From Octopus vulgaris (lineage: Eukaryota), in the NCBI GenBank assembly GCA_951406725.2, contig OX597814.1, positions 94,488,001-94,552,000 on the forward strand: a stretch of 64,000 nucleotides of DNA. Reading direction: 5' to 3'. A program made the translations under genes and the position numbers. Positions 51,870-64,000 of this stretch are shown here, one piece after another (positions within the stretch are counted from its first letter, which is position 1; the number at the start of each line of letters is the position of its first letter). The notes below the pieces were generated by a model. It did not search any database and was not told the DNA's origin. It was given only the letters and a program-made list of their open reading frames with translations.

Positions 51870-54800
51870 TATAATTGTGTATCTATATGTGGGTGTATCT
51901 GTGTGTGTAAAAGTATATGTATACAAATACATACATACAGAGAAGTACTCACACTCACACACATACACACTCACAAATGTATATATATTTATACGTGTAT
52001 TTACCAATCTCTAGATCAATACCACTTCAATATGACTATATTTAGTAACTTGTTACACTATTTTTATCTCCGATACTATTTATCTATCTATTTGTCATCC
52101 TTGTGTTCTGCAATTTTCTTTTACATCGTTTTTTCTCTTTACTTTTATTATTATAGAGCTCTATCAATCAGATTGATTTCCCAAGTGGCATAACTTAAAT
52201 CACGGTAGCACACCCCATACCCATGCATACACATGAACAGAAATACACATAGGTATACATACAAGCAGAAGTGACTACATGCAAACATCAAACACGCTTA
52301 TGCTTGAGCGGGCTGAAACACACAAACATACACTCACATACAAAGACACAGATATACATACGCACATACATACACGCACATATTTGCATAGAATTCTTTC
52401 ATATCTGGTGACATTTCTCCATTTGAATCTTAATAACTTTCCCTCTTATATGTTTGGCTTTTTTTATCAATAATATCCATTTGTAAATAATCTCTCACCA
52501 TCCCCAAAGTTCGTCCCTATATGCCACACTGTTTGATATCTGTAGTGTTCCCACTTTGATAATTCCTCTAAGACGTCCGTAATATCCGTTTTTTCCTTCA
52601 GCATATTTTGTTATTAAGTAAAAGTAAAGTTTTAGCTAGATAAAGCCAAGCTGTAATATTATCGACGTAACATATATACCATGAACGTGGTAGGAACAGT
52701 AAGTATAGAAATATAGAGATAGCGTAGAAGCGGAAAGAACGGAATGAGGGAAAGAGAATAGCTTTGGTTTGGTTAACCAGTAAAATTAACTTAAACAAAT
52801 AGAACATGCCAATGAGAGACACTTAAAGAAGATGACTGAATGATAAACCTGTAGTGACGTGAATAAAAGGTAAATAATAAAGGGAAAAAATATAGGCGAA
52901 AGGCAAAACGGAAAATATAGAAAGTGATGGAAGCTACTTGTAAGAAGTAATATACAGAGATAAGAAGTATCAAAGTGCTGAATGTACACGGCGACAGGAT
53001 ATTAATTATTGAATGACTGAGAGAGAAAGAGGGGGAATGCAGTGTTTAAAGAATGTGGAAATGTTTACAGGGAATCTAAGATGTTATACCACAAAAATGT
53101 TCGAAACCAAGGGCTGCTATACATTTTAATATCTATCATAATGTATAATCGATATGAATTCAGATAGCTTACAATTCTGTGATTAAATTAGTCTATCGCA
53201 AAAATAGCCTATATCTCCTGTTGATCCAACAATTATTTACAGCCAAACATATCAATCACCTTAAAATGTTCGAAGGAAAAAAAAAACGTTTTTAATGTAA
53301 TTACTTTTTAGTCATAACTGTTGGAAAGTATTCCATTGTTCAGGTAAAGATATCAATGCTGCGGTTTCTATAGCCCACCTCTTGACTTACTATGCTATAA
53401 AACATATCTGTTGGCTTTCGTTGACTAAATAAAAACGTATTAGTATTTTATATTCGGAGTTTAACAGTTCTGATACCCACCCACACAAGACCGGCCTTAG
53501 ACCTTTGATACCAACTTAATCCTCTAAATTATTCCTCATATTCAAACATATCTATGAAATGTGGTAACAAAATGTGGTAACTGAAATGTAGTAACAAAAG
53601 GGTTAAAAGAAAAGGAGTCACATTTTTCATTATGCTTGTAGAGATTCAAACGTATACTGTGGGATGAAGTTGAACTAACTTTATAAAATATGCATTAATT
53701 TTACAGTGACTCTGTGGTTACAATGTTAGTCGTGAAGTGCTTCCTAAGCACGGATGTTTGATTAGAGACCTTTTGACCGAAATATTGAGAAGTTGGCTTT
53801 GCAATTATGAGGTCCTGGTTTCGATGACCTTATATGGCATCTTGGACAAGTGCTTTATACCATAACCTTTGGCTGACACAAGCCTTAATGGTGAAACTTA
53901 ACAGATGGAAATTGTGTTGACGTTCGTTGGATTCATTGACTTGTGACTCAAACGTTCAACATTTTCGCTCTCTGTACCGCGCTGATTTTACGTGAAAACT
54001 ACATTAGTGGTTCACGTTGAATACTGCGGAATGTTCAATAACTTTTATACGCTATTTCAACGCGCAGGCAATTCAGTCAATTGAAAGTTTCAGTATTTTT
54101 CATTTGCATACGACCAAAAGCCACAGGTACATATACGTTATGGACATTGAATTCATGTTCATGCATTCTTCACGAAATTTAGCGAGTGTAGATGACAATA
54201 ACTAGAAATTAGATAATATATATAGTAATGTTATTGAATCACTAGAATATTTTTAGTCTATTTTGGAGAGACACTAAGCTAAATGTAGTTATGCTAAATT
54301 TCAGTTAGGCAGTTACACACAAATAACTATAAAAATATATAAATATACACTAGGCTATGGCTACATAAAAAATACATAAATATACATTTAAGATTGAAAT
54401 GAAGAAACAAACAAACAAACAAATAGAGAATGGAAAATATTTTAAATAATAAAACCATAAATACACAAAAGAATAACTAGTAAAGAAAATTGGGAACGAA
54501 AGAAAGCAAATAGCTTTATTAATTTTCTAAGCCTCAGGGGAGCGGTTATCTTCCACCATCGTATGATTATATCTAGCACAATATCACATTATATTTTATT
54601 ACATTATACTCAGTGCAGTGTGCAGTTAGGCTGAACACAGCTAATCCTGGTGTGAAATTGTGGTTTTATGGACGAAGAAGAAATAAAAATAAAGCAAAGT
54701 GACGGGCAGAAGCGTGCTTTGTTGTTGGCCTAAACTACTCGTATATTTTGCGAGGTGTTCTCGATGGATGTAACGAGAAATTCGATGAAAGTATATTATA

Positions 54801-55015
54801 TAATCTAACCGAACCATTAAAATATTTTTCCTACGTTGTGTAAGTACACGAAATGTTTCTTGTGAGAACTGTGAGAGTTAAGACTAGTGAAAGATATCAA
54901 TATCTTTTTAATCTCAATTCGATGACTGAATGCTAATATCCCGCAGCAAAAGCTGCCCGCATGTATTATTATCGTTGCAATGATCATTACATTTTTCGAT
55001 ACTCTCTGCACTTTA

Positions 55016-55053
<38 letters not shown>

Positions 55054-55465
55054 CCATCATCATAATCATCGTTAATAATGTCATTATCATCAACATTTTT
55101 TACTAATGCTCGCGTGAACATTCGCGCAAAGGCTGATAGTCTCTACAGCAATACCTGGATGACGGAGTTGATGACATTTGTACGAAATTTCGATACGCCA
55201 TTCCACAAGCACTAACTCAGGTTGGGTATTTGTCATATATACAATTGTTTGGAGGTCATTGCATACTGTCACCAGATGTTGGAAAATTCGGCCGATAGAA
55301 TTCAAAATCTCGCATTCTTCAATTGTTCACAATTTCTTTATGCGTTTGCTCGCCATTTCAAAGATCATTTCTCGTTATCATTTTACCCAATGTAAGTCAT
55401 AGACTGCGTCTTACCTGTTCTTCGTTCTTTTACAGTCCCCAACAACTTCGCTTCTGATGGCCAAA

Positions 55466-55662
55466 GACGGTAAGCTGGTAGAATCATTAGAACGCCGGAC
55501 AAAATGCTTAACGGAAATTGATCCGTGTATATGTTGAGTTCAAATTCCGATGAGGCTGATTTTACCTTTTGGGGTCGATAAAATAAGTGCCAGATGAGCG
55601 CTAGTATCGATGTATTCAACAGCCACCTCCTTTCCTTAACAATTGCAGGCACTCGACCAAAA
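55466..55662 (+). mobile_element. SINE family B, degenerate
   Basis: agctggtagaatcattagaacgccggacaaaatgctta...gagttcaaattcc...ggggtcgataaaataagt. Confidence 0.75.
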
Positions 55663-55799
55663 ATTGCAATTGGTTGTTTCTGTAGATTAGATTTTACTTT
55701 GTACCTTCTGTGTACAACTATGTTCGTCGAATTTACTGAGCTCGTTTTATTTTACATTCAAGTACATCTTAACGTAAAATGTATGTAGCGCTTATCATA

Positions 55800-58200
55800 A
55801 TGCTTTCCTTAGTTTGTGTGTTTGAGGGATGTCTTCGTCTTCTTTGTTTTGCATCATTTCCAAGGCATCTAGTAACATGGGCAATGCTTTTGTTTTCAAT
55901 TCCCACATTTTATTTATCTTCATCTCTAGATCTTTTAGTTGGATAATTTCTCTATTTCTTTCAGAGTAATGCTTCTGTCTGTTGGAATTGGCATATCAAT
56001 TAAGAGGCATAATACTGGTGTATGGGTCTTTGACAATATCAGGTAGCATTTCCTTAATCTCCAGTAATATGTGACTTAACATATCGCGGAGTATGGTCCT
56101 TTTCTCATTCGCTAAGACATTTTTGTAATGTAAGTTTGCACTATCTCTTTTTCGGGCATATTTCATAATACCGCAATTACTTCTAGTATATGAATGTACC
56201 GTATCTGTGCAAGAAATGTGTATATTCCTTTTTGGCTGACACTGGTCAGATATAAACAAATTCTGTTCTCGCAATTTCCACGTATTAAGCATTTACATCT
56301 TTGTATCCTACTTCATTATCTAATCTACGTAGTTTTTGATGCGAAGACTTTACAGTAGTATCGCAAACAAATCGTCTTCCAACTCAGCTTCGTCCATGCA
56401 TATTAGCAAGTATTGAGTTGTTTTCTTAATTCACATCCCCAATGCAGTTATTTATGTTGTTATTTATTTAACTATTTCACAAATCTCTGTTGTCACCAGA
56501 TTGTGTTTTCTATTTTGTTAGCTTTCTTGCAAAGAGAAGAACCTTTGGTCAGTTCATGTTTTGTAACTATTTGTTTTTAGTTCTGCTGCATTATTCACCA
56601 GATACTTCGGCATTACAAAAGTACATATTTTATAAAATGAAATGTTTTCAGTTACAGAAGGTCCCCTACTACCCCGTAAGAGCGATTATTATTATATCTC
56701 TGCATCATCTTTTGGTGGTGTATTCTAAATTTAGTCATTATTTTGTTGTTGTTTTTTTATCTAGACTTAGTAATTCACTTAACGACGGTTCATATTATAC
56801 CTTAGACTTATGACTTGGAACAGTTAGGATGGTGATGCTACTTAGCTTAGTTTGATTTTTTTTGTTTTGTTTATTCATATTTATGTGTTTTATGTATTAA
56901 TATAATATTCAATGATATTCTTCCCAAATGTTTTACGTTATTGGTGTGAGTTGCATTCTATCTAGTTCATTAATTCCTGATCAATTATAAATTTGTGTTT
57001 AGTCGATTTGTTTCTTATCTTTATCTTTTCATCTACTGTGATATTAATGTTTTTATGTTCTTCTTTTAAAGTAGATTTGCACATTTTTCTAAACCGGATT
57101 ACATTCTCTCAAAACTCTCGTAAAGCCGTCTACGGTGTGTAACAATATTTCCAGTTAATATCTATAGTGTTCAATATGGTATCACCCATGGAAAAGGACT
57201 TTTACTCTTTCCATAGCATTTATATCTGCGTTAAGCATGTTGCTTAACTGTTTTAACACTAAGCAGAAAAGGTTAAGGAAGGAAATCTCCTTGGAATAGT
57301 TTTTCCTGTGGATGATTTATGTTTTTCTAGAAATCCTTTTTTACCCACAAAAGTGTCTCACTCTTAATACACCTGCTGCTTGTTGATGCTACAATATTCA
57401 TAGGTAATGATTCCTAGTCCCAAGGATAACAGTCAAAATCCTTCTGAAAAGTACTCCATTCTTTCTCATTGTACAATTTTCACTTAAGTGAGTTTCTTAT
57501 TCGGAGGAATATTTATTTCCAGTGATGTTATTTCCTGAAGTTGTGGTTGTGTAAAATATTGGCCGTTGATCTTAACATTTTACTCTACCTTTGATCTTCA
57601 GGATTAACATTATCTCCTATTTGATTACCGATTCATTAAGAATATTTTACCGGCAGGAATGATAAATATTTCATCCATGAGTGTGAAATTTTATCATTTA
57701 CCTATATCCATCCTTTCCAGAGTTTCAGCTACTTTTTGCATTGCTTATTGATTCTCACGAATATCCAACTGCTTCATTTGTTTTTTGTTTTAACTCTATC
57801 GTCCACGATGACCCGTTCACTATCCATACATCTCCACAAAATGTCTCTTGTTTTATCGCTGTTGACTCTACACTGATTTATATTTTTGTTTTTGCTTTAC
57901 TTTTGTAAACACATTTCATAATGAAGAGACTTTGATCATCTATTTGTGTACGGTGTGCTTTGACTTCGGGTATTATTTTGTTATTCTGAATTACTGTGGT
58001 TTTAGTCTATCTTTCTTGTTTGCCTATTTTCTCCTTCTTGTTAATTTCATCAAAGTTTGAGATTTCCTTTCTTTTATTTTCTCTCTTTCTCAGGATATCT
58101 GCTTTCTATATTGTTTACATCTGATTACAGGTTGCATGTGTTTTCTGGAAGTGCACATTTTTCTTTCACTCTAGTGTAGCTATAGTATATAGTCTTTAAA
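55800..58200 (-). pseudogene. Decayed R4/Dong-clade retrotransposon (RT to RLE C-terminus)
   Basis: Minus-strand LFQGDFL..LFCLVLKQLSNMLN (RT QGD motif) near 57240-57300, ICMDE near 56390, and KMWELKTKALPMLLDALEMM (R4 C-terminus) near 55850-55910. Confidence 0.6.
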
Positions 58201-61200
58201 AGTATCATAGTAATATTGATTTTTGTACATTTTCACAAAGTCTGGAATGACCAGGCTAGCGTTTTTGATTGCCACAACCCGTTTTATCATGAAATCTTTA
58301 AAAATCTTAGACTTCATGCCCTATGTCAGATGATAAGTATAAAAACAAGAACTATTATTGTTGAAATTGAACATAGTTTAGAATGCAAAAACTCTGAGAA
58401 ATCAAGACGTAGCATCTCTCGTTTCTTGCAATTTCCATAAACATGTAGAGATAAGAAATAATAAAGCTCATATCGGCAAGTTGAGAAAATACCATATATT
58501 TTGGCAAAGTATGTTGCAACATTCTACCTTACTGTATATAGTACATTAACCTACCTGATCAATGTCTTATTTTATATTCCTTGCGCATTTAAGAAATCCG
58601 ACACGATGTGTACTTTCATAAGTTCTTTGGGTTATTTTGTAATATTTCCTTCAGGTTTACTGCTTATCTGCTTATCGTCCAAAAGATGTTTTTATTGGCC
58701 TTATCTAACGGCTCTCTCACTTTCACTTTCATTGTTTGGCTAAGTATTTTGTTTGTATTTTTACTTAACTCACTATCGATTTTACATAACATTATCATCT
58801 ATGTATTTATTTTCCGTTTTCCTCCTAATTTCAATGAAGCTTGGTTTCTATTACACAACAAAATCACTTACTGTGATACTTTATCTCAAAAGCATTTACT
58901 TTTATCGTTTTAAACTGTTATTTTTATCGTTGATGATAAAATACCTTCTTTTTTTCTTTTTACCTGAACCATTGCCGTTCTTTTCTTTCATCTTCCTATC
59001 AAAATGTTGCTCTGTGTATATTTTATTAAACATTTCAGAAATTAAACTCATCGTTGTTTTGTTAGTTATTCAAAAGGAAAGTAGTTAACATATTGAAAAG
59101 AACTATCTAAATTTAGTAATATCCATAAATTTCCAACAAACGCTGCAAAATTGACGCGGCATTCAAGCTAATATCTTGTTAAAACTCAAGTAAAACACAC
59201 TCCAAGCACATAACAGTTTGTGGACAAATGTTTTTACGTTTTCCATCCTCTTTAGTAACTTAAAACTTCTTAATTGATCTTCGTTCGCCGCCTTGGGTCA
59301 CCGTCATATGAACTACTACTAGAGTTAGTATTAAAACATGGTTGATTTAACATTTTTCGGCAAGATGTCTTTCAATACATCTTTGACTAGCTACAAGAAA
59401 TGTTTGATCATTCCTCAATAGTACACACAATGAAAGAGATTTCAAGGCTTTAGATTGATGTAAGGAAAAATAAATTAGATGTTCTGAAGTTGTACAGATG
59501 TTAACAATTTATTTTGTGTGAAATATCTGCAACCTATGACCGAAAACTGATCAAGAGTACATGTAGATTTTTAATGATGTATTAAGGTGAAACCTCCTAT
59601 CGAAGGGTTAGGCTGAAGGGTGGTATCTTTTGAAGTAGATAATTGCCTTTGAAGTAAACAGAAACTTAAAATTTGACTAAGAGAGGAGTACATTCCCTAT
59701 GATTAATTTAATAGTGTCATATATTGTAATCGCTTTAGAGTTGGAAGAGCTGCCGTAGCAGCTAACAAAAATATAGTTCAATGAAATCAAATTATGCTGT
59801 AAATAGTGTTTGGAGTCATCTGGGTCTGCGATGGTATGTATCCTATCAAGAGTCATAAGGAAAAAAATGAATTATATTGATTAAAACTTATGTGACGACG
59901 AAATTATTTATCTAATTTTTAGTTACCTTTTCAATAAACATAATTTGTTTAATTAAGTATTATAATCATTATAATCATTACTTTGTTTAATATTATTGGT
60001 TTTTCTTAATATTTAGAAAGATAAACAGGAATTCTTTTCAATTAAATCTTTGCACAGCACTATGAAGTATATCGTCTAATTCCTCTACTTATGGAGCGAC
60101 TTGTTTCATGAAGACATATTTGCAAATCTACAATTTTTCTTTTAATTCTGCTGCTAATATTGTTGTTATTATCTTCAGGTTATTCCTGATGCAGCATTCT
60201 TTATAATCAAAGGCATCTTATTTTCAGAAACTTTTAGTCGGTGTATTTAGGACGCCATTATCTAACGTATGAGGATTTGCCTTTATTTGAAAGGGATTTA
60301 GCTGCATTATCTAAAAATTCAAGAAACTGTACATAATAATTTCGTTAATCCGTAGCATTTTTAGTAGCATTAAAATGAATATATACAACATTTACAATAT
60401 TAATTTTGTTGCCGCGCCTTTTATGTGTGAGCATTATCTCAAATATACTAAATGGAAAACGAAAATAATAGTGAGGTGTTATTCACACCTACTGAGTACG
60501 TTATAATGTGAAAATGAAATAGAATGGTTTGAACAAGGAATTGAAACCACTTAAAGATTACTTGCCGAGAGCCAAATGCTTTCGCTTGATGCACTGAACT
60601 ACGAAACTTGTGAAGCAAATAGTAAATAAAATTCCACTTTTAATATTCTTGTGTTCGATTGCTTTAGAGGTGATTTGCTTAACACGGCTGTTGCCAGAAG
60701 ATCACTAAATTCTTGCACTTATCTTATCGATCGTTGGTGTTTGTATTGCCAGACTGACAATATGGAATCTATACCGGTAGACATGTTAAAGAGCATGTTG
60801 AGTGTGTATTTTTCTTTTATTGTTCACAAAATAATAATCCGGTTCGTACTTTAAATAGAAGCGATATCATAAGAAGCAAGATCAAAATTACTGTACATCA
60901 AACACATATTTTACGAGATTCAGAATATTTTCCTTTTCTTTGCTCTTTCAAATTTACATATTGGTTATCATATAAAACATGAGCTAATAGAAATTTTGTG
61001 CCGTCCTAATAATATCCCAGTGGGGATATTGTCACTTTCAGTGATATAATAAACGTGATCTGAGAACATTTTTCGAGCAATACGAAATAACAGCAAGTAT
61101 ATAACTTTAAAATACAAGTAGTACACTGAAGAATATTCTGTTTAGAAATAACTTATTATAATAAATTATCTAAATATAAATATTCGCATAATCTGTAAAA

Positions 61201-61521
61201 CAGGCTTTTTTTTATTTCTACTAAATTAACATGCACAACATGTACACATTCGTTTGTGCATGTATTTAGCATACACATATCCCTGTACACACACCTACTT
61301 ATACAGACACACACATACACAACACACAATCATATATACGCATGCATGTATTTGCGCGCGCATATGTATGAAAGAGAGAAGGAATTGAATTTAATCTATA
61401 GCAGATTAGATTCTCCCAGAAAATGATTTAAATTGTCATGACACTCCAGTCATTCTAACATGTTTTCTTACTCTTTTCTCGGCAATCTCCACAATATCTT
61501 CTTTTTTATTTCATCTACCTT

Positions 61522-61581
<60 letters not shown>

Positions 61582-62421
61582 ATATACACACACACACAAA
61601 CAGGAGAAGAAGAGGAAACCAAGGACTTAACCTGAATACTTGCCGCAACGTGAACCCTAATAGATGTACTCAGGAAGAACATAGTCAGAACTAAACTGAA
61701 CGACGGATAAACGTTGGAGCTCAAGGTACCTGAGAACTAGGTGAAAGGGTTAAACTGAGTGAGTGTTTAAGTTTACAACAAAAGGACACAGAATGCAGAA
61801 AGTCAAAACAAACACAAGACTTCTGACCATAATAAGCTCTGACTATCCTACCACCCCCGCTGCCATAGGTTGGTTCTTATATTATGGGCAGAGAAAGACG
61901 AATTGTGCAGGACTGAATGGTTAGACGAAAACTGAACATACAAACATGCGCGTTCGTGCAAATACGTGCTTACATACATAATACATACAGAAGTATATGA
62001 CTGTGTGCTGTGTGTGTGTGTGCGCGCGCGTGTGTGTGTGCGCGCGCGTGCGTGTGTGTGTGCGCGCGCGTGCGTGTGTGTGTGTGTGTGTTTGTATGAG
62101 TATGTATAAGTACAGGGATGAGTGTAACCACACATGAATACGAACATGTGTTGTGCATACTAATTAAGTAAGAATAAAAATGAACTGTCGTTGTTTTATT
62201 TGTTAGAAATTATTTTTTATTGTTTTAAAGCGACAAAAAGATCCTATTATTATGTGAAATGCGTAATTGTTGCTACGTTTACGTATTTGTTTTGTATGAT
62301 TCTTGATGTGCATTCCTGTGTTGAAATACTGGATAATACGGATAAGGCTCACGAGGACCACAGCTTGAATTATAAACCGATTTACATACTAAACATACAT
62401 ACATATATATATATGTATATA

Positions 62422-62484
<63 letters not shown>

Positions 62485-62499
62485 ATTATATGCATATAT

Positions 62500-63023
62500 G
62501 GATACAGGACGTCATCAACAGTAAACAACATGAAATACGAAAAGAAATGAGTTAAGTACGCAAAGAACAAGAGAAAAATGGAAGACAGAACAAGTAACAC
62601 AAGGAATGACCCTTCATCAGTTGTCGGCTGTCTAGCTACTCTTCACCTTTACTGTTTTCAAAGAAAATATTTCTCCAGCGTTTGGTATTTCACTCTCGTT
62701 CTGGTCTTACGACCCTCTATGTTCGTTTTCATTCGGCTTCCTTGTATGTCTCCACACTCCTGTTTTTATTCCCAACTTTCACCCTCCATAAATCCATTTT
62801 TTTTTTGTATTTATGGGATGAACACACATACACACACGCACACTTCAAGGACTCATATTGTCATTTAATGCTCGAAATTAGGAGTAGATGGACAGCCAAC
62901 AACTGTTGAAGGGTAATTCTTTGTGTTACTTGTCCTGTTTTCCACTTTTCTCTCGTTATTTGTGTATTTAACTCATTTGTTTTCGGATTTCATTTTGTTT
63001 ACTGTCGGTGACGCCTTGTACCC
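62500..63023. repeat. Diverged inverted repeat: about 145-bp arms, about 235-bp spacer
   Basis: 62500-62643 is the reverse complement of 62880-63023 (for example gaatgacccttcatcagttgtcggctgtc vs gacagccaacaactgttgaagggtaattc); flanked by (TA)n. Confidence 0.8.
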
Positions 63024-63044
63024 TACTAATATATGCATGCATAT

Positions 63045-63106
<62 letters not shown>

Positions 63107-63197
63107 ATATATATGTATATGTATATATGTATATATGTATATATGTATATATATATATATATATATGTATATATAGATATATGTATATGTATATGTA

Positions 63198-63252
<55 letters not shown>

Positions 63253-63255
<3 letters not shown>

Positions 63256-63578
63256 TGGTTAGAGCGTCGAGCTTACGATCGTGAGGTTGTGAGCTCGAAT
63301 CCCGGACCGGACTGCGTGTTGTGTTCTTGAGCAAGGCACTTTATTTCACGTTGCTCCAGTTCACTCAACTGTAGAAATGAGTTGCGACGTCACAGGTGCC
63401 AAGCTGTATCGGCCTTTGTCTTTCCCTTGGATAACACTGGTGGCGTGGAGAGGGGAGGCCGGTATGCATGGGCGACTGCTGGTCTTCCATAAACAACCTT
63501 GCCCGGACTTGTGTCTAGCAGGGTAACTTTCTAGGTGCAATCCCATGGTCATTCATGACCGAAGGGGGTCTTTACCTT

Positions 63579-63580
<2 letters not shown>
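63253..63580 (+). mobile_element. tRNA-derived SINE (family C), near full length
   Basis: tRNA-like head cagtggttagagcg...gagctcgaatccc, central gtgttcttgagcaaggcactt, ctttaccttta tail; second copy at 1698-1924. Confidence 0.88.
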
Positions 63581-63616
<36 letters not shown>

Positions 63617-64000
63617 ATATATAATAAATAATACATATATAACGTTTTCCTTTTTCAATCACTGGACTGTGTCGATGCTGTAGCATATCCTTCAATAGTT
63701 TAGTCAAATAAATCGGTTGCAGTATTTTTTAAGATCTGATGCATATTCTATCATTTTCCTTCGCTGAACAGCTAAGATACAGGGACGTATCATAAACTCA
63801 AAGACACACACACGCATACACACACGCATACATAAGCACACACACATACATACATATATATATATATATATATTAATAGAGGTTATAAAAGTGACAGCGG
63901 TTACTGACTAGCACCGCTATTGCTAGAAATAAGAGTCACAAAGCACTATCTTAATGTCTGACAAAGGAAGGTATGCCCCCAGTGTATATAGTCGGATCGA

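Noticed and set aside
55149-55220. Plus-strand 72-nt open exon candidate (QYLDDGVDDICTKFRYAIPQALTQ)
   Set aside because: Weak splice signals, no partner exons or recognisable homology, and it lies in a region of decayed retroelements.
63253-63315. tRNA-like sequence
   Set aside because: It is the head of a SINE, continues into the SINE body and lacks a proper acceptor stem.

Overview
AT-rich eukaryotic DNA dominated by microsatellites and transposable elements. The SINE and microsatellite make-up suggests a coleoid cephalopod (Octopus-like) genome; this is an inference, not a database result. No intact host protein-coding gene, rRNA, true tRNA or CRISPR array is recognisable, and most listed ORFs are translations of (TA)n, (CA)n, (GAA)n or (TAA)n repeats. 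DNA transposons: a full-length decayed Chapaev3-like element (5093-7338), a full-length decayed mariner (32750-33986), a Tc1 DD34E element with IR/DR ends (35767-37330), three mariner MITEs and a probable non-autonomous Helitron. Retroelements: about six R4/Dong-type fragments, RTE and CR1-type LINE relics, a Penelope-like GIY-YIG fragment and many tRNA-derived SINEs. The most notable signal is a set of non-coding elements carrying hammerhead ribozymes. Four have intact catalytic cores (16768-16847, 25452-25515, 26016-26079, 29914-29992), and three of these lie inside near-perfect fold-back inverted repeats (about 430 bp and 125 bp arms), consistent with Penelope-derived or retrozyme-like elements. 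There is also a perfect RFX X-box at 14305 and a few weak, phase-compatible minus-strand exon candidates. Family assignments are from motif recognition by eye, and boundaries of decayed relics are approximate.
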